Origin: Nitrosopumilus sp.
GTDB lineage: Archaea > Thermoproteota > Nitrososphaeria > Nitrososphaerales > Nitrosopumilaceae
Reading direction: 5' to 3'
Length of the DNA stretch: 64,000 bases
Assembly: GCA_963667665.2 (NCBI GenBank)
Contig: OY763927.2
Location: 640,001-704,000 of the forward strand
Shown: positions 21,375 to 31,817 of the stretch, piece by piece
How positions within the stretch are numbered: position 1 is the stretch's first letter
How the letters are laid out: every line of letters starts with the position of its first letter
Translations under genes and position numbers: made by a program
Notes under the pieces: model-generated
What the model was told of the DNA's origin: nothing
Database searches by the model: none
The model's input: only the letters and a program-made list of their open reading frames with translations

Positions 21375-21561
21375 TTTTTGCATCTATACCAACAACGAAA
21401 AATTCATATCAACATTTAGAACAAATGTATGATCTGACCATCATCTCTGAAAAATATGGTATATGTTGAACACTCAAACGAAAAGAAAAGATACATTAGG
21501 CAATGAATTTAGAACTTGTACTTGTTTTTGATCTTTATACGTAAAATTTTTTCTTTATCAT

Positions 21562-21628
21562 ATGACAAACTGTTCATATTGCGATTTAGACATAGGCAAT
21601 GAACAAAAAATTTGTTTTGACTGTTCCT
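21562..21628 (+). pseudogene. 5' end of Zn-finger gene cut by IS3
   Basis: MTNCSYCDLDIGNEQKICFDCS stops at IS end 21629. Confidence 0.45.
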
Positions 21629-22160
21629 TGGTGGGGACCCCTCTAGAAGGAGAACACTTGCATCCATATACATTAGACCCAACACTGGAGGACAAATATC
21701 ATGGTAAAGAGCAAATTTACACCAGAGCAAAAGATCCAGATTGTACTGGAATCGATCAGAGCCAGCATGCACGGTAGAACTGTGCCGCAAGCACAATATT
21801 CACCCACAGACGTTTCATAACTGGAAACAGAGATTCATGGAGTCCGGCAAAGCAGGCCTGAGTCAGTCAGGAAAGAAGGATCCAATCAAGACCATGAAAA
21901 AGAGAGGGGAGGATTACAAGAGACTGATAGGCGAGCTGACCATTGCCAACGACATTTTAAAAAAAACTTGGGAGGAAGGCAGAGATTGAGTGCCGTCAGA
22001 GAACTGTGTGAAAAGATGAGCCTGCGCAGATCACTGCGCTATGCCGGAATATCAAGACGCATGGGTATCACAAACCCAAAGCAAGGGAGATCGGTCTGGA
22101 TCCGGCAACCGTGCAAGCAGTGCAGAGGATAGGCGGCAAGAGACCCACCTACGGTACGCG
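21629..22160 (+). mobile_element. truncated IS3-family element (left end, frameshifted orfA, start of orfB)
   Basis: TGGTGGGGACCCCTCTAGAA end resembles 9500 end; VELCRKHNIHPQTFHNWK...ANDILKK; RPTYGTR then abrupt break. Confidence 0.85.
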
Positions 22161-22752
22161 TAGTACCGGCCATTAAGATCCACTCACTTTGCACGCGTCA
22201 TTGACTTTGGGCCTGACAACTGTTGTGCAAATCCAAGCGGTGTAGAGCTTGTGTCTTTTGCCTGCATTACAGGCACGAGACTGCAGGTAACTGCCGTGTA
22301 AATCCAAGTAACGTGTGGAGCTGACGCGCACGAATCGGATGCGGCGTGAAAAAATGCGCGAGCAGCGGGCGTACATAAAAACAATCTTGAACGCCGGTGT
22401 AAAAAACCCCGATTATGGAATCATGTAATCCATCTGCTTGACCGGCAGGAGCTGTCCGGTATCGATCAGAATCTGGATTGACTTGGCAAGTTCTTCGGCA
22501 TTATTGAAACATCGCTCGGCAAGCATGATTAATTTGGGCAGAGTTTGAAATGCTGTTATTCTGTATAGCCGAATGAAAAAATTGAAATCTTCTAGTCTAT
22601 TTGATCGATCCAATCCTGAAAGTACCAGTATAATTAGTAGAATACAGGCATAGAACGTGATTTTTTAGAATTTCTTGGGTCGCTAGACTTCACAGGAGAA
22701 AATAGGTTATCATAACTTCCCAAAACCATTTACAATATATTTAAAATCAGAT

Positions 22753-24189
22753 TCAGATCCCAAAAAAACCCTTTACAGATACAAAAGTGAAAATACCGAT
22801 AACAATGGCAAGAAGAATTTCTATAATAGAATTAGTTTGCACTGTTTTTTGTAACTTTAAACTAGTTTGATTGTAAATGTAATCAGTCATTTTGTTTATG
22901 GGTTTATCCGTCGAGTCAAGTTTCTCAGCAATCGCAGAAAAATGATTTTTGATCATATTTGCAACAAGTTCAAAATACGCTTGTTCCCCAACACGATTTA
23001 TTAGAACCCCAGCAAAGTTATCTGGTTTTGGAGGTATTGGAATTTCAGATATTCCAAATATTCCTCTTCTAGAACTCATTTCATCAATCTGATCTATAAC
23101 TTTGTTTTTGGTTGAATTGAGAAGTATGCCCATGCTTGCATAGTTACCTTGTAAAGCAGATATACCGTTTTGAAAATCAGTGATCTGGGAAGTGTTATTT
23201 TCATTTAGCATATGCTGTATTTGTTTTCTTTGAGATTCAAGTTCTTCGGACAACTTGTTCCTAACAATTTCAAAATACGATAACCATGTAAATATGCCAG
23301 TAACAAACAAGTGAATATTCATTGCACTAGTGACAGAGAAAAATGTTTCCAAATTAGGACCAAACATTTTAATTTCTTTTTCTATTCCTTGACTATCAAA
23401 TTTTGGGAGACATACACTAATTTGATATTCGTGCGTGATTGTTACGCCACATGTTTGTAATTCTCCGCCACCTCCAAATTGTTCATAATGGGTAATGAAA
23501 GAAAGCACACCACCGTCAAAATTTATTGCAGATAAAACAGTCGGTAAACTAAAAACCTGCAAGAGAGATAATTCGCGTAATTTTTTACTATGTTGTGTAG
23601 AACGTAATCTAAATTTTTTATTTTGGTACTGAAGTGATAACAACTCTCGTACGGATTTTGTACCTTCTTGTAGGTCATCCTCAGAATTGATAACATGATG
23701 CATATGAAATCTAGGTTTAATTCTAGACATTTCATAAACTTGGTTGGATAAACCGTTGAGACTTTGTAAATACAATTGAAATGGAACAATTAATTTGGCG
23801 GAGTCAGTGATTGCAGATTGTTCAGACTCGAGAGATAATTGGACATATATCAGTAATTGAAAATACGGCAGTTCATTACATTCTAATCCCACTAGGTACA
23901 CTTGTTGGATTTTGCTTTTGAAAACTTGAGCAAAGTTTCTCTGATCTGGTTCATTTTGTTTATCGTCAATGTATTTTAAAAATATTTCAAAGTCATCAAC
24001 TTTCCAAACATGTTTCTTTTCCAGAATCCAGTTTGTATGACCAGAAATACTGGTATTCCCTGATTTATTTTCGAAGACAGAGGGTTGTCCAAAACATTCA
24101 TTTAGTTTTTGTATAATGTGTTCTTTTTGATCTTTTTCAAATATGTCATTAGTTTCTAACGCTGAAAATTTTATCGTTGATGCAGTCAT
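22753..24189 (-). CDS. hypothetical protein with coiled coil and C-terminal transmembrane helix
   Basis: 478-aa ORF; IIEILLAIVIGIFTFVSV C-terminus. Confidence 0.7.
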   Translation of the reverse strand: MTASTIKFSALETNDIFEKDQKEHIIQKLNECFGQPSVFENKSGNTSISGHTNWILEKKHVWKVDDFEIFLKYIDDKQNEPDQRNFAQVFKSKIQQVYLVGLECNELPYFQLLIYVQLSLESEQSAITDSAKLIVPFQLYLQSLNGLSNQVYEMSRIKPRFHMHHVINSEDDLQEGTKSVRELLSLQYQNKKFRLRSTQHSKKLRELSLLQVFSLPTVLSAINFDGGVLSFITHYEQFGGGGELQTCGVTITHEYQISVCLPKFDSQGIEKEIKMFGPNLETFFSVTSAMNIHLFVTGIFTWLSYFEIVRNKLSEELESQRKQIQHMLNENNTSQITDFQNGISALQGNYASMGILLNSTKNKVIDQIDEMSSRRGIFGISEIPIPPKPDNFAGVLINRVGEQAYFELVANMIKNHFSAIAEKLDSTDKPINKMTDYIYNQTSLKLQKTVQTNSIIEILLAIVIGIFTFVSVKGFFGI

Positions 24190-24288
24190 CGTTAATTAGA
24201 ACTATATTATTCTATTAAATTTTTATTGAATTCTCAATATGTGAACACATGAAAAATACCCGAATATAGTTGCTGCGATGAATTAACC

Positions 24289-24520
24289 GTAATAGGTTAG
24301 GTCGCCCAGAATGCTTCTGACAGCTTTTCAAACCAGTTCAGCCCCAAATCTCCCACGTGAGCATGCATGTCATTATGGTGCAGAACATGATCTTCCCTCC
24401 GACGGTTAACCATCTTTTGGCGTATTTTGCGGCGTATCGCCACCTTGCGCAACATGCGTTCGGACTCGCTGTTGGTAGGCTCCATGCCAGGGTAACGTAT
24501 GAACGTGAACAGGTCAGGTC
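24289..24520 (-). mobile_element. IS66-family transposase 3' remnant with GTAA end
   Basis: PGMEPTNSESERMLRKVAIRRKI; terminal GTAATAGGTTAGG. Confidence 0.75.
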
Positions 24521-24687
24521 CTCTTGCTGATGTCCATCCCCATATTTTTCATCTTTTTATCACCTTTTTGCGGATTGTTTCTGGTGGATCGGAAGATGCA
24601 ATCACCTATTCAGTGCGCGAAGCACAGGAACGCAACAACTCGGGTTGCTCCATTCAAGATAAAGTGCGCGAAGCACGTATGCAAGGA

Positions 24688-24741
24688 GGTCGATCCGTTA
24701 TGGGGTTTACGACGAGAGTGTTTTTACATGCATTCACACTA
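24688..24741 (+). repeat. ~54-bp dispersed repeat, copy 1 (others at 28415-28468, 29422-29475)
   Basis: GGTCGATCC...TTACGACGAG..TGTTTTTACATGCATTCA; 45/54 identical to copy 2. Confidence 0.8.
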
Positions 24742-24880
24742 TCATGAGCGAAAGTCTAAAATTAAGCGAATGTGAGGATCTGCGAGGAATACAAGATATG
24801 GTTATTCGGAATTCAAAGTCATGCGTGGAAAAAGAAAATGTCAGAAATCTGTGGCTGTATAACGTGTAAATTGTGATGGC

Positions 24881-25612
24881 ATGAATGATAATCACAATCC
24901 AGATGTTCAGTCTGCTGACGGCGCTGATGTAGATCAGATTACTGTAATGTTTGACACTAGTGTTCTCCTTTACGTGATAATGGACGAGGTAGGGCTGAGT
25001 CATGACATAAAATTTACACCGCATGTACGCAAATTCGTCAAAGGGAAGAACCAGGCAGTATCAAAAGAGGTAGCCAGTCAAATCGAAATAAGACTGAAAG
25101 AAAAAAAATCCAAAGGAAGGGCCAGAAACGAATCTATAGGAGGATCAGGAGTAGGATCCATGATAGAAAGAGCTGTGAAGACCCTAAGAGAAAAGTATGA
25201 GATAATAGATACAGATGAATGGAAAAGCTACTCTGAAAAGATAGAGAACATACTGAGCACATTGGTTTCAAACCCAGAGCACGCCATGTCACAGAACTGG
25301 TTAACAAGGAAAAAAACATTGCTGTTCAAGAAGAACAAAGATATAAACGGATTAGAGACGATCGAAGCAAAGAGGGACGCACTTAGAATTCTAAAAAAAG
25401 AGATGCTGAAAGGAAAAGACATAACAATATTGGCAAAGGCAATGAAGATGTCAGAAACTAGAAAGATCCACTTTGTATCAAATGATGGAGATCATGTCTT
25501 CCTTGGCAAATCGGTTATGGCGCTCACAAAAAATCGCATGCGGGTGTACAAACCTGGAAACTGGGAGATATATCATGTTCAACTTATCCTAAAACTCTCC
25601 AGTACATCATAA
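24881..25612 (+). CDS. PIN-domain protein (C-terminus altered by IS5)
   Basis: VMFDTSVLL, KDITILAKA, FVSNDGDH acidic PIN motifs. Confidence 0.7.
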   Translation: MNDNHNPDVQSADGADVDQITVMFDTSVLLYVIMDEVGLSHDIKFTPHVRKFVKGKNQAVSKEVASQIEIRLKEKKSKGRARNESIGGSGVGSMIERAVKTLREKYEIIDTDEWKSYSEKIENILSTLVSNPEHAMSQNWLTRKKTLLFKKNKDINGLETIEAKRDALRILKKEMLKGKDITILAKAMKMSETRKIHFVSNDGDHVFLGKSVMALTKNRMRVYKPGNWEIYHVQLILKLSSTS

Positions 25613-26457
25613 TTGATGCCAAATACACAAACCCAAGATAATTATCACAGTTCTTCTCATATCTGATTCTTGTTCTATGAAATCCATTCTTCAACCATGC
25701 AAAGAATCTCTCAACAACAAACCTTGTCTTGTTGTAATTGTTCTGCATGTTATTTGGTACGATGAATTTGGAATTATTCCTGTATGGAATGCAGCATCTG
25801 ATAGAATGATTTCTCAGATAATTCCTGATGTATTTTGCATCATAGCCCTTGTCTGCATACACTGATACGATCTCTTCTATCATAGAATCATCTACAAAAT
25901 CTGAAATTGATTCCATGACATCGATGAATTTCGTACTATCATGTTGATTTGCAGGACTGCATACAATTGATATTGGCAATCCATTACTATCTACGGCAAC
26001 ATGTATTTTTGTACCTAGAATCTTCTTGAAACCATCATATCCAGTTACGTTGCCCCTTTTTTATTGGAAATTGATGATGAATCAACTGATATCTTTTGCA
26101 GATTAATCTTGTTTTGTTTGTAAGCTGATTTCATTATTCCAGAAAGAATCTTTTTCCATACTCCTTTTTGCTGCCAGTCTTGTAATCGTAGATGTGTAGT
26201 TGATTTGGAACCATACTTTTCTGGTAATTCTTCCCATCTGCATCCAACAGTTAGAACAAATAGAATTCCATTAATTGTTGTTCTATCATCACATCTTGGT
26301 CTGCCTGTTCTTGCAGGTTTTGGTAAATGTGGTATAATTGATTTCCACTGTTTGTCTGTTAGTTCTTTATGAATCATAGAAATGATTTGATAGATGTTAT
26401 TGTTAGATCCATACTATCATCAAATGTTTACAAAATGATCTGTTTTAGGATGAGTTG
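25580..26457 (-). mobile_element. complete IS5-family element (IS427-like, two ORFs, 878 bp)
   Basis: TIR CAACTYATCCTAAAAC at both ends; 3-bp TSD GTT; orfA 26045-26377 (GRPR, GCRWEELP) and orfB (ADKGYD, RFVVERFFAWL) joined at AAAAAAGGGG. Confidence 0.92.
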
Positions 26458-26529
26458 GTTACATGAATGTTTCAATTTTAGCTTGAGATAAGAAAATGAT
26501 TAAACCTAAGGATTAGAGTATCACATTTC

Positions 26530-27355
26530 ATTAAGCTGTAACAGATGCATCTGAAAAACAGCCGCAGTCTTTGCGTTGCCGGTTTCTTTGCGCGAACAAC
26601 TGCAGTAAACCTGCACTTGAGTGACGAGAACACTAATTCTACTATGCTGCGCTGGTGGTACGTATCTTCAAACTCTTCAGGGTTTTTCCTGCCACCTGAG
26701 CATCTCTGCCCTTGGACCGAATCCATTTACCACATGGTTCTTGCGGGTGCAGATCACAGGCCTCCTGCCGGTATTGCGGATCATCCTGTAGTTCTCGTTT
26801 GCATCGTATCCTGCATCAAGCATTACGCATCCTGCGCCATCAGGAACCTTTTTGATCATCTCCTGAAACGCCGGCGAATCATGCACCCATCCCCAGATAA
26901 CTGCACAGGATGCGATCTTTCTCCCCTTTACGTCAGTAACTATGTGCAGTTTGACGAATTCGCGCCTAGAGATGACGCCTCTCTTGGCATCCTCCCACTC
27001 AGCATACCTAATTATGGCAACCACGGTGGAGTCGCCCAGCAGTGATCCGTGCGCATAAGATACTGCCTGCCTTTCTATTATCTCGTGCAGCCAATCATAA
27101 TCTGCCATTATAGTGGCCGCATGATGCAGACAGGATTTTGAGGGAACAGTTTTTAATCCGTACATGTGTAATGTTCCTTGATGTGTCTGTAGGTATGAGA
27201 CATGCTGACGGTATGAATGGCAGCGAAACTCTCGGTCTGCAAGACATGCCATGTACGAGATCATTTGCGTTTCACTTGGTGTAGTGGGCAAATAGATCTC
27301 AGATAGGAGGGTAACGAGGGCCTTTATTCGTAACCTAGTTACGTGGCCTTCGCCC
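26530..27355 (-). mobile_element. degenerate IS5-family transposase (IS903/ISH1-like), frameshifted
   Basis: GDST, FVKLHI, HDSP, LDAGYD, YHQRSIVELVFSSLK in two frames. Confidence 0.75.
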
Positions 27356-28409
27356 CTATACGCCATCGCTTTTTGTACTCCTCTGGAATATCTTTGATGG
27401 TTCGTTTTATGTACTGGCGTTCCAAATTTGTGGCATACGTCAGATACTTCCATTTTCTCCCATCCTTTGTTTCCTTGAGACGCTTCTTTATTACCAAATT
27501 AAACCTGAACACTGTTCCGTTACTGGATCTCATCTCATACTTTGATACTGCCTTTCTTTTGCCACAGCGAAACTCTGCGACGGCATTTTTGATTCCCGGC
27601 GTCTTGCTTACTGCCATCAGGAACCTCTCACCACGCCCGTTCAGAAAACGCATCATCTCTACATTGGCAAACTCCCTATCCATGAAAAGCACTGGCTTTT
27701 TGAACCCCTGTTTGAGCGCCTCTGAGAGTAATTTACGCACAAATTTGACCTTGGTCACATGCTCTGTAACGTGTACGACCGCTATTGTAGGCAGCTGTTC
27801 TTCTGTGACTGCCTGCATTGTGGCGTACGTCTCGAACCTGGATGTTCCGCCCTTGGGCTTGCCACTGATTACAAGGCTGTCATTGTGCCTGTCTGCGCCT
27901 GTAAACGGGATCAGGTGTTTGTCTATGGCCAGTATGTGACCTGTCTTCTTCTCAAGACCTAATCCGTTCTTGACTGTATTATTTAACATGCGTCTGCACA
28001 GGGTGTCCATCCTGTCTGAACCTATTGCACTTATCATCCCTAACAGCCACTGAGATGTCGGGATGCAGATGTTCTTGTCATCTTTGAGCATGACTGACAG
28101 ATCTGCCACGGCCTTGTTGGCAGTCGATCCGGTCTTGCACATGTGTAACAAAACCAGAGGCATCCTTGAGATCGTACAGGGCGTTATACTTTATTGAAAA
28201 TGGTATATTTACATATTCCAACGCGTCATGCAAGACCTTGAATTCTTCTTTCGTAACGATGTCCCGGAAACTTTGTTCATTTTTCTGGTTTGACATGTTA
28301 ACTGGTTAAGTTTTGAACATTTAGCGTCGTATGTCAAAAAATAATGTCAATTAGATTATGAGATTATGAGCAAAAAAACCATTTACGGAGCACATTTTCA
28401 ACTTCTGAC
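27356..28409 (-). mobile_element. truncated ISH3/IS4-like transposase, frameshifted
   Basis: LAIDKHLIPF, LFMDREF, YATN, YKKRWRI cut before the catalytic Glu. Confidence 0.75.
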
Positions 28410-28414
28410 ATAGG

Positions 28415-28468
28415 GGTCGATCCATCACCGAGATTACGACGAGTATGTTTTTACATGCATTCAAACTA
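28415..28468 (+). repeat. dispersed repeat copy 2
   Basis: GGTCGATCCATCACCGAGATTACGACGAGTATGTTTTTACATGCATTCAAACTA. Confidence 0.8.
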
Positions 28469-28750
28469 GATCCGAGTAGTGCTGTTCTATTGTACGGAAA
28501 TTAGATTCGCCTAAGTTTAAGCGTATCATAAAGATTATTTTTCGTTGGTTTTTCGTTGATTCTTTTATCGTTTCGGCGGCCGGATCCGAAGCAATCACAC
28601 TCATCAAGTATGATTGCACACCAGGGTTCTCAAACATGATGGGACTGAATCAGAATACCATTCCGTCAAGCGTGTTTTACTTGGGCCCGGCCTGATTTGG
28701 GACTGATCCGTGGGAGAGTCTTTATTATCTGTCGCGCCACACACGTACAG

Positions 28751-28945
28751 ATGCTCCAGAAATGTCCAGAGTGCGGGAGCGCCAAGGTGGCGGAGATAGT
28801 CTAATGGTATCTTAGTTCAGATTGGGAGAAGGACGTGGACTCGGGCAAGGTGGCGTTGGGCGGGTGCTGTATTCCTCCAGATACGCGCAGCTGGCGATGC
28901 CGGTACTGCGACCACGAATGGGGAGAGGTGGAAGGGTTGGACTAG
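28751..28945 (+). pseudogene. small Zn-binding protein with internal stop
   Basis: MLQKCPECGSAKVAEIV*...GKVALGGCCIPPDTRSWRCRYCDHEWG; TAA at 28802. Confidence 0.6.
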
Positions 28946-29159
28946 CTATCGCGGCACTCGGATTTGGTGGCCCTTCAAACGAGCCTTGGGAGATGTTTTT
29001 CATGGGGTTTGTTAGGTTTTTCACCACAGGAAACCACATGCAGGCTGTTTTATCATAACATGTGTCTGCGTGCAGGGCTCATTGCCTTTACGTGACGGGA
29101 GCGGCGCAGGTGGGGAAGGGCATCAAACATGGCAAACTCGGGCTTCAAGTGATCGGATT

Positions 29160-29333
29160 GAAGTGGCCGCTACTATACACGAGGGTATGGAGCCTACGAA
29201 CAATTCCGTAGAGCGGGAGATACGATACCCGGTAATACATTGCAAGATCCGCGGCCAGATTGGAAGTACTGGGAAGATGGCAAGGTTTGTCATACTGCAT
29301 ACCTGCATCATGATGTGGCGCAAGCAAAACTGA
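29160..29333 (+). mobile_element. IS66-family transposase 3' remnant
   Basis: EGMEPTNNSVEREIRYPVIHCKIRGQIGS...TCIMMWRKQ. Confidence 0.7.
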
Positions 29334-29421
29334 ATTTTTATCAGGAATGGATCGCATTCTACTGGCACATGCTTGAGTCACGCTGAGCCGAAACGCGTAC
29401 CGAAGCACACGTTTCCAAAGA

Positions 29422-29475
29422 GGTTGATCTATCACCATGATTACGACGAGGATATTTTTCCATATGTTCAGAGTT
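29422..29475 (+). repeat. dispersed repeat copy 3 (more diverged)
   Basis: GGTTGATCTATCACCATGATTACGACGAGGATATTTTTCCATATGTTCA. Confidence 0.7.
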
Positions 29476-29512
29476 CATGCATGTGTGTCACTATAGGTGC
29501 AAGTCCGGTGGT

Positions 29513-29773
29513 TTACGCTTTTTTCCTTGGTCTCATCAGCACCAGTATGCCTCCCCCCAACAACGCCGTGCCAAGGGGCATCCTAATGACAAAAAGCTCA
29601 CCCCATGCGTCGTTGCCGGTCTCCCATATGTTGCGGCCGTCAAACCAAAGCGATCCGTTCGTCACGAGGTTGAACAGTATGATGCCTACTATCGGAAAAA
29701 GCTGCCACAGAAAGTAAAGTGATGATGCTGTGAGCCCCCATCCCACAAGCTTGTAATATTTGGAGTTAATCAT
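29513..29773 (-). CDS. small membrane protein
   Basis: Two hydrophobic segments in 86 aa. Confidence 0.5.
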   Translation of the reverse strand: MINSKYYKLVGWGLTASSLYFLWQLFPIVGIILFNLVTNGSLWFDGRNIWETGNDAWGELFVIRMPLGTALLGGGILVLMRPRKKA

Positions 29774-30145
29774 AATAAGAAAAAAGGTTAGGACACAAAT
29801 ATGCCTATCGCTAAACTGCCTAATTGGGTGGTTCTTGACGATTGTGATGCATCATACTTGTTGTATGTCCTTACGAAAGTGATCCTGCTTGATCCAAACG
29901 CATTGCGCCAAACGCTTTCAGTGTCTTACGCGCTTGTCGCTTCTTGTCACGTTGGGCGATGGCTCCATAGCACTGATCGCCATCCTTTCCGGCATTGCCG
30001 GTTCTGCCGCGACGTTCATCTTTTCGCCGAAATCAAGCAAGGAGTGACACTCGTGTACTATTATGCATGATCCGCTGAAGAAGATCCCGTTCCAGATCCC
30101 GATAACTTCACAGAGCCTATTATAGAACTGTTTTTAAGTTTCAAT

Positions 30146-30421
30146 TTGGGTAAATTATTTATGGTACGGATTACACTGATCATTATTCCCATCATAATTG
30201 TCATCCTTTATACAATGCTATCTTTTTTCTTTGATGTAGTAACATCTGCTGCTGGCTGTGCAGATTACCATTTTAATTGTGACTGTGAAAAAGTTGGGTA
30301 TTGTGCATATGTTGAGTTCGTTTATTTTCTCAGCGTGGGACTCCTTTTGTGTGGATTAGTGATAGTTGAGCTAATTTTGGTAAGGAGAGCAGATAGAATC
30401 GTAAAAAAAATGAAAACGTAA
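30146..30421 (+). CDS. small two-TM membrane protein with Cys-rich loop
   Basis: TM-CADYHFNCDCEKVGYC-TM. Confidence 0.55.
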   Translation: MGKLFMVRITLIIIPIIIVILYTMLSFFFDVVTSAAGCADYHFNCDCEKVGYCAYVEFVYFLSVGLLLCGLVIVELILVRRADRIVKKMKT

Positions 30422-30606
30422 AACTGCCAAGATCAATAATCTCAAATATGCTCACGAAGTCACGGGATCCGACGATGTTCTAGGTCACTGCCACAGATTG
30501 GCATCTGACAACCACTCTAGGTTAACACCCGATCCATTTTGAGGAAACCACTTGAAGAGTTAACAGTAGAGATTATGGGTAACCGATTACTACAGGATAC
30601 ATGAAA

Positions 30607-30661
30607 GTAATAAGTTAGGTGACCCAGAACACCTCTGACAGTTTTTGAACCGGTTCAACCT
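30607..30661 (-). mobile_element. isolated IS66 end
   Basis: GTAATAAGTTAGGTGACCCAGAA...TCTGACAG similar to 24289 onward. Confidence 0.65.
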
Positions 30662-30684
30662 TAGTTTGTCTCATATAAGCACAC

Positions 30685-31135
30685 TGATCTGGACCCCTTG
30701 TTTTAGTACCGTTTTTTGCATCTTTTTCCGAATGATTTCAGCCCTCATTTATTCCCACCCTCCACTTTGCGAGCAAACTCATTGGGGGTGACATACCCAA
30801 GAGCCGAGTGTATCCTGTCGTTGTTGTAGTCTGCAAACGCTCTGGCCAACACCACTTCGGCGTCTTGGAACCTTGCAAACTCATGGGGCCGTGTGGAATC
30901 GTTCCACAGGACTCTCAAAAAGGAATATCTGTGGCGGCATGAATTTGCCAGTTATCAGGAAGCCGAAAAGATCCTGGCAGATGCTTTCGCAGATTACAAC
31001 CAAGAAAGAATTCATTCTGCCATAGGATACGTGACGCCTGTAGAGTTTGCATCACAGTGGGAGATGAAGAATAAATGAGGGGGACTGTATGGATGATCAT
31101 GCAAAAAGCGTTCTCATTTTATGGGGTCCACTCCA
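30685..31135. mobile_element. back-to-back fusion of two IS3 3' ends
   Basis: 30685-30890 near-identical to 8257-8462; 30891-31135 encodes ESFHRTLKKEY...HSAIGYVTP and ends GGGGTCCACTCCA. Confidence 0.88.
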
Positions 31136-31151
31136 GCTGACAAGTAATGCA

Positions 31152-31382
31152 TTGACAGAATACGTCGAGCAGGATTACATACGCAAAGATACGATAGAGA
31201 AAAGATCGTACCAGACAAATCTTGCGCAACATGCGATGTCTAAAAACTGTCTGGTTGTTTTGCCGACAGGCCTGGGCAAGACGGCAATAGCGCTGCAGGT
31301 GATCGCCAAGTACCTGTCAGATGGTACAGGAAGTATTTTGTTTTTGGCACCTACGCGCGTGCTAGTAAACCAGCATTTATGA
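31152..31382 (+). pseudogene. N-terminal fragment of Hef/FANCM-like SF2 helicase
   Basis: RSYQ, NCLVVLPTGLGKT, LFLAPTRVLVNQH then stop. Confidence 0.8.
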
Positions 31383-31532
31383 AAAATAACGAGCTGTTTT
31401 GTGCGCCAAAATTTATGCAAGAGTAATTAGGCACATTATTTTGTACATATTCAAGCATGAAAACTAACCCAACGCCTGAACTGCACGTGTTGAATAATTT
31501 AAAAAATATTCCAAATCAGTGTCTTAAATTAA

Positions 31533-31817
31533 GCATTAATTCTTACAAATAAAAATGCAGAATATACTAAAGCCGAGGGACATCTAGAACTTAGGGTTCA
31601 TGATGATGCTGGGAGAAAGAGACTTTCTACTGAGTATGATGTTACAAGAGATGATTTTTTCTCATGGAAAGATAATTCTGGGGAAAAAATTACAGGGTAT
31701 AGAATTCAAGAAACCAAATTTTTCGAATCTTATATTCATGATGTATATGTAGACTTTACATTAAATGATGGAACCAATTGGAAAGATCTTCATGCTACTT
31801 TCTGGTCATTAAATTGA
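31533..31817 (+). pseudogene. 5'-truncated hypothetical gene
   Basis: Open frame LILTNKNAEYTKAEGHLEL...WKDLHATFWSLN* without a start, coupled to next gene. Confidence 0.4.

Noticed and set aside
26545-27962. Plus-strand ORFs overlapping the transposases
   Set aside because: Antisense frames of GC-richer IS genes with no motifs.
21629-31135. One composite IS3 transposon spanning 9.5 kb
   Set aside because: Flanks (TCCT vs GCTG) show no target-site duplication, so a single insertion is not supported.
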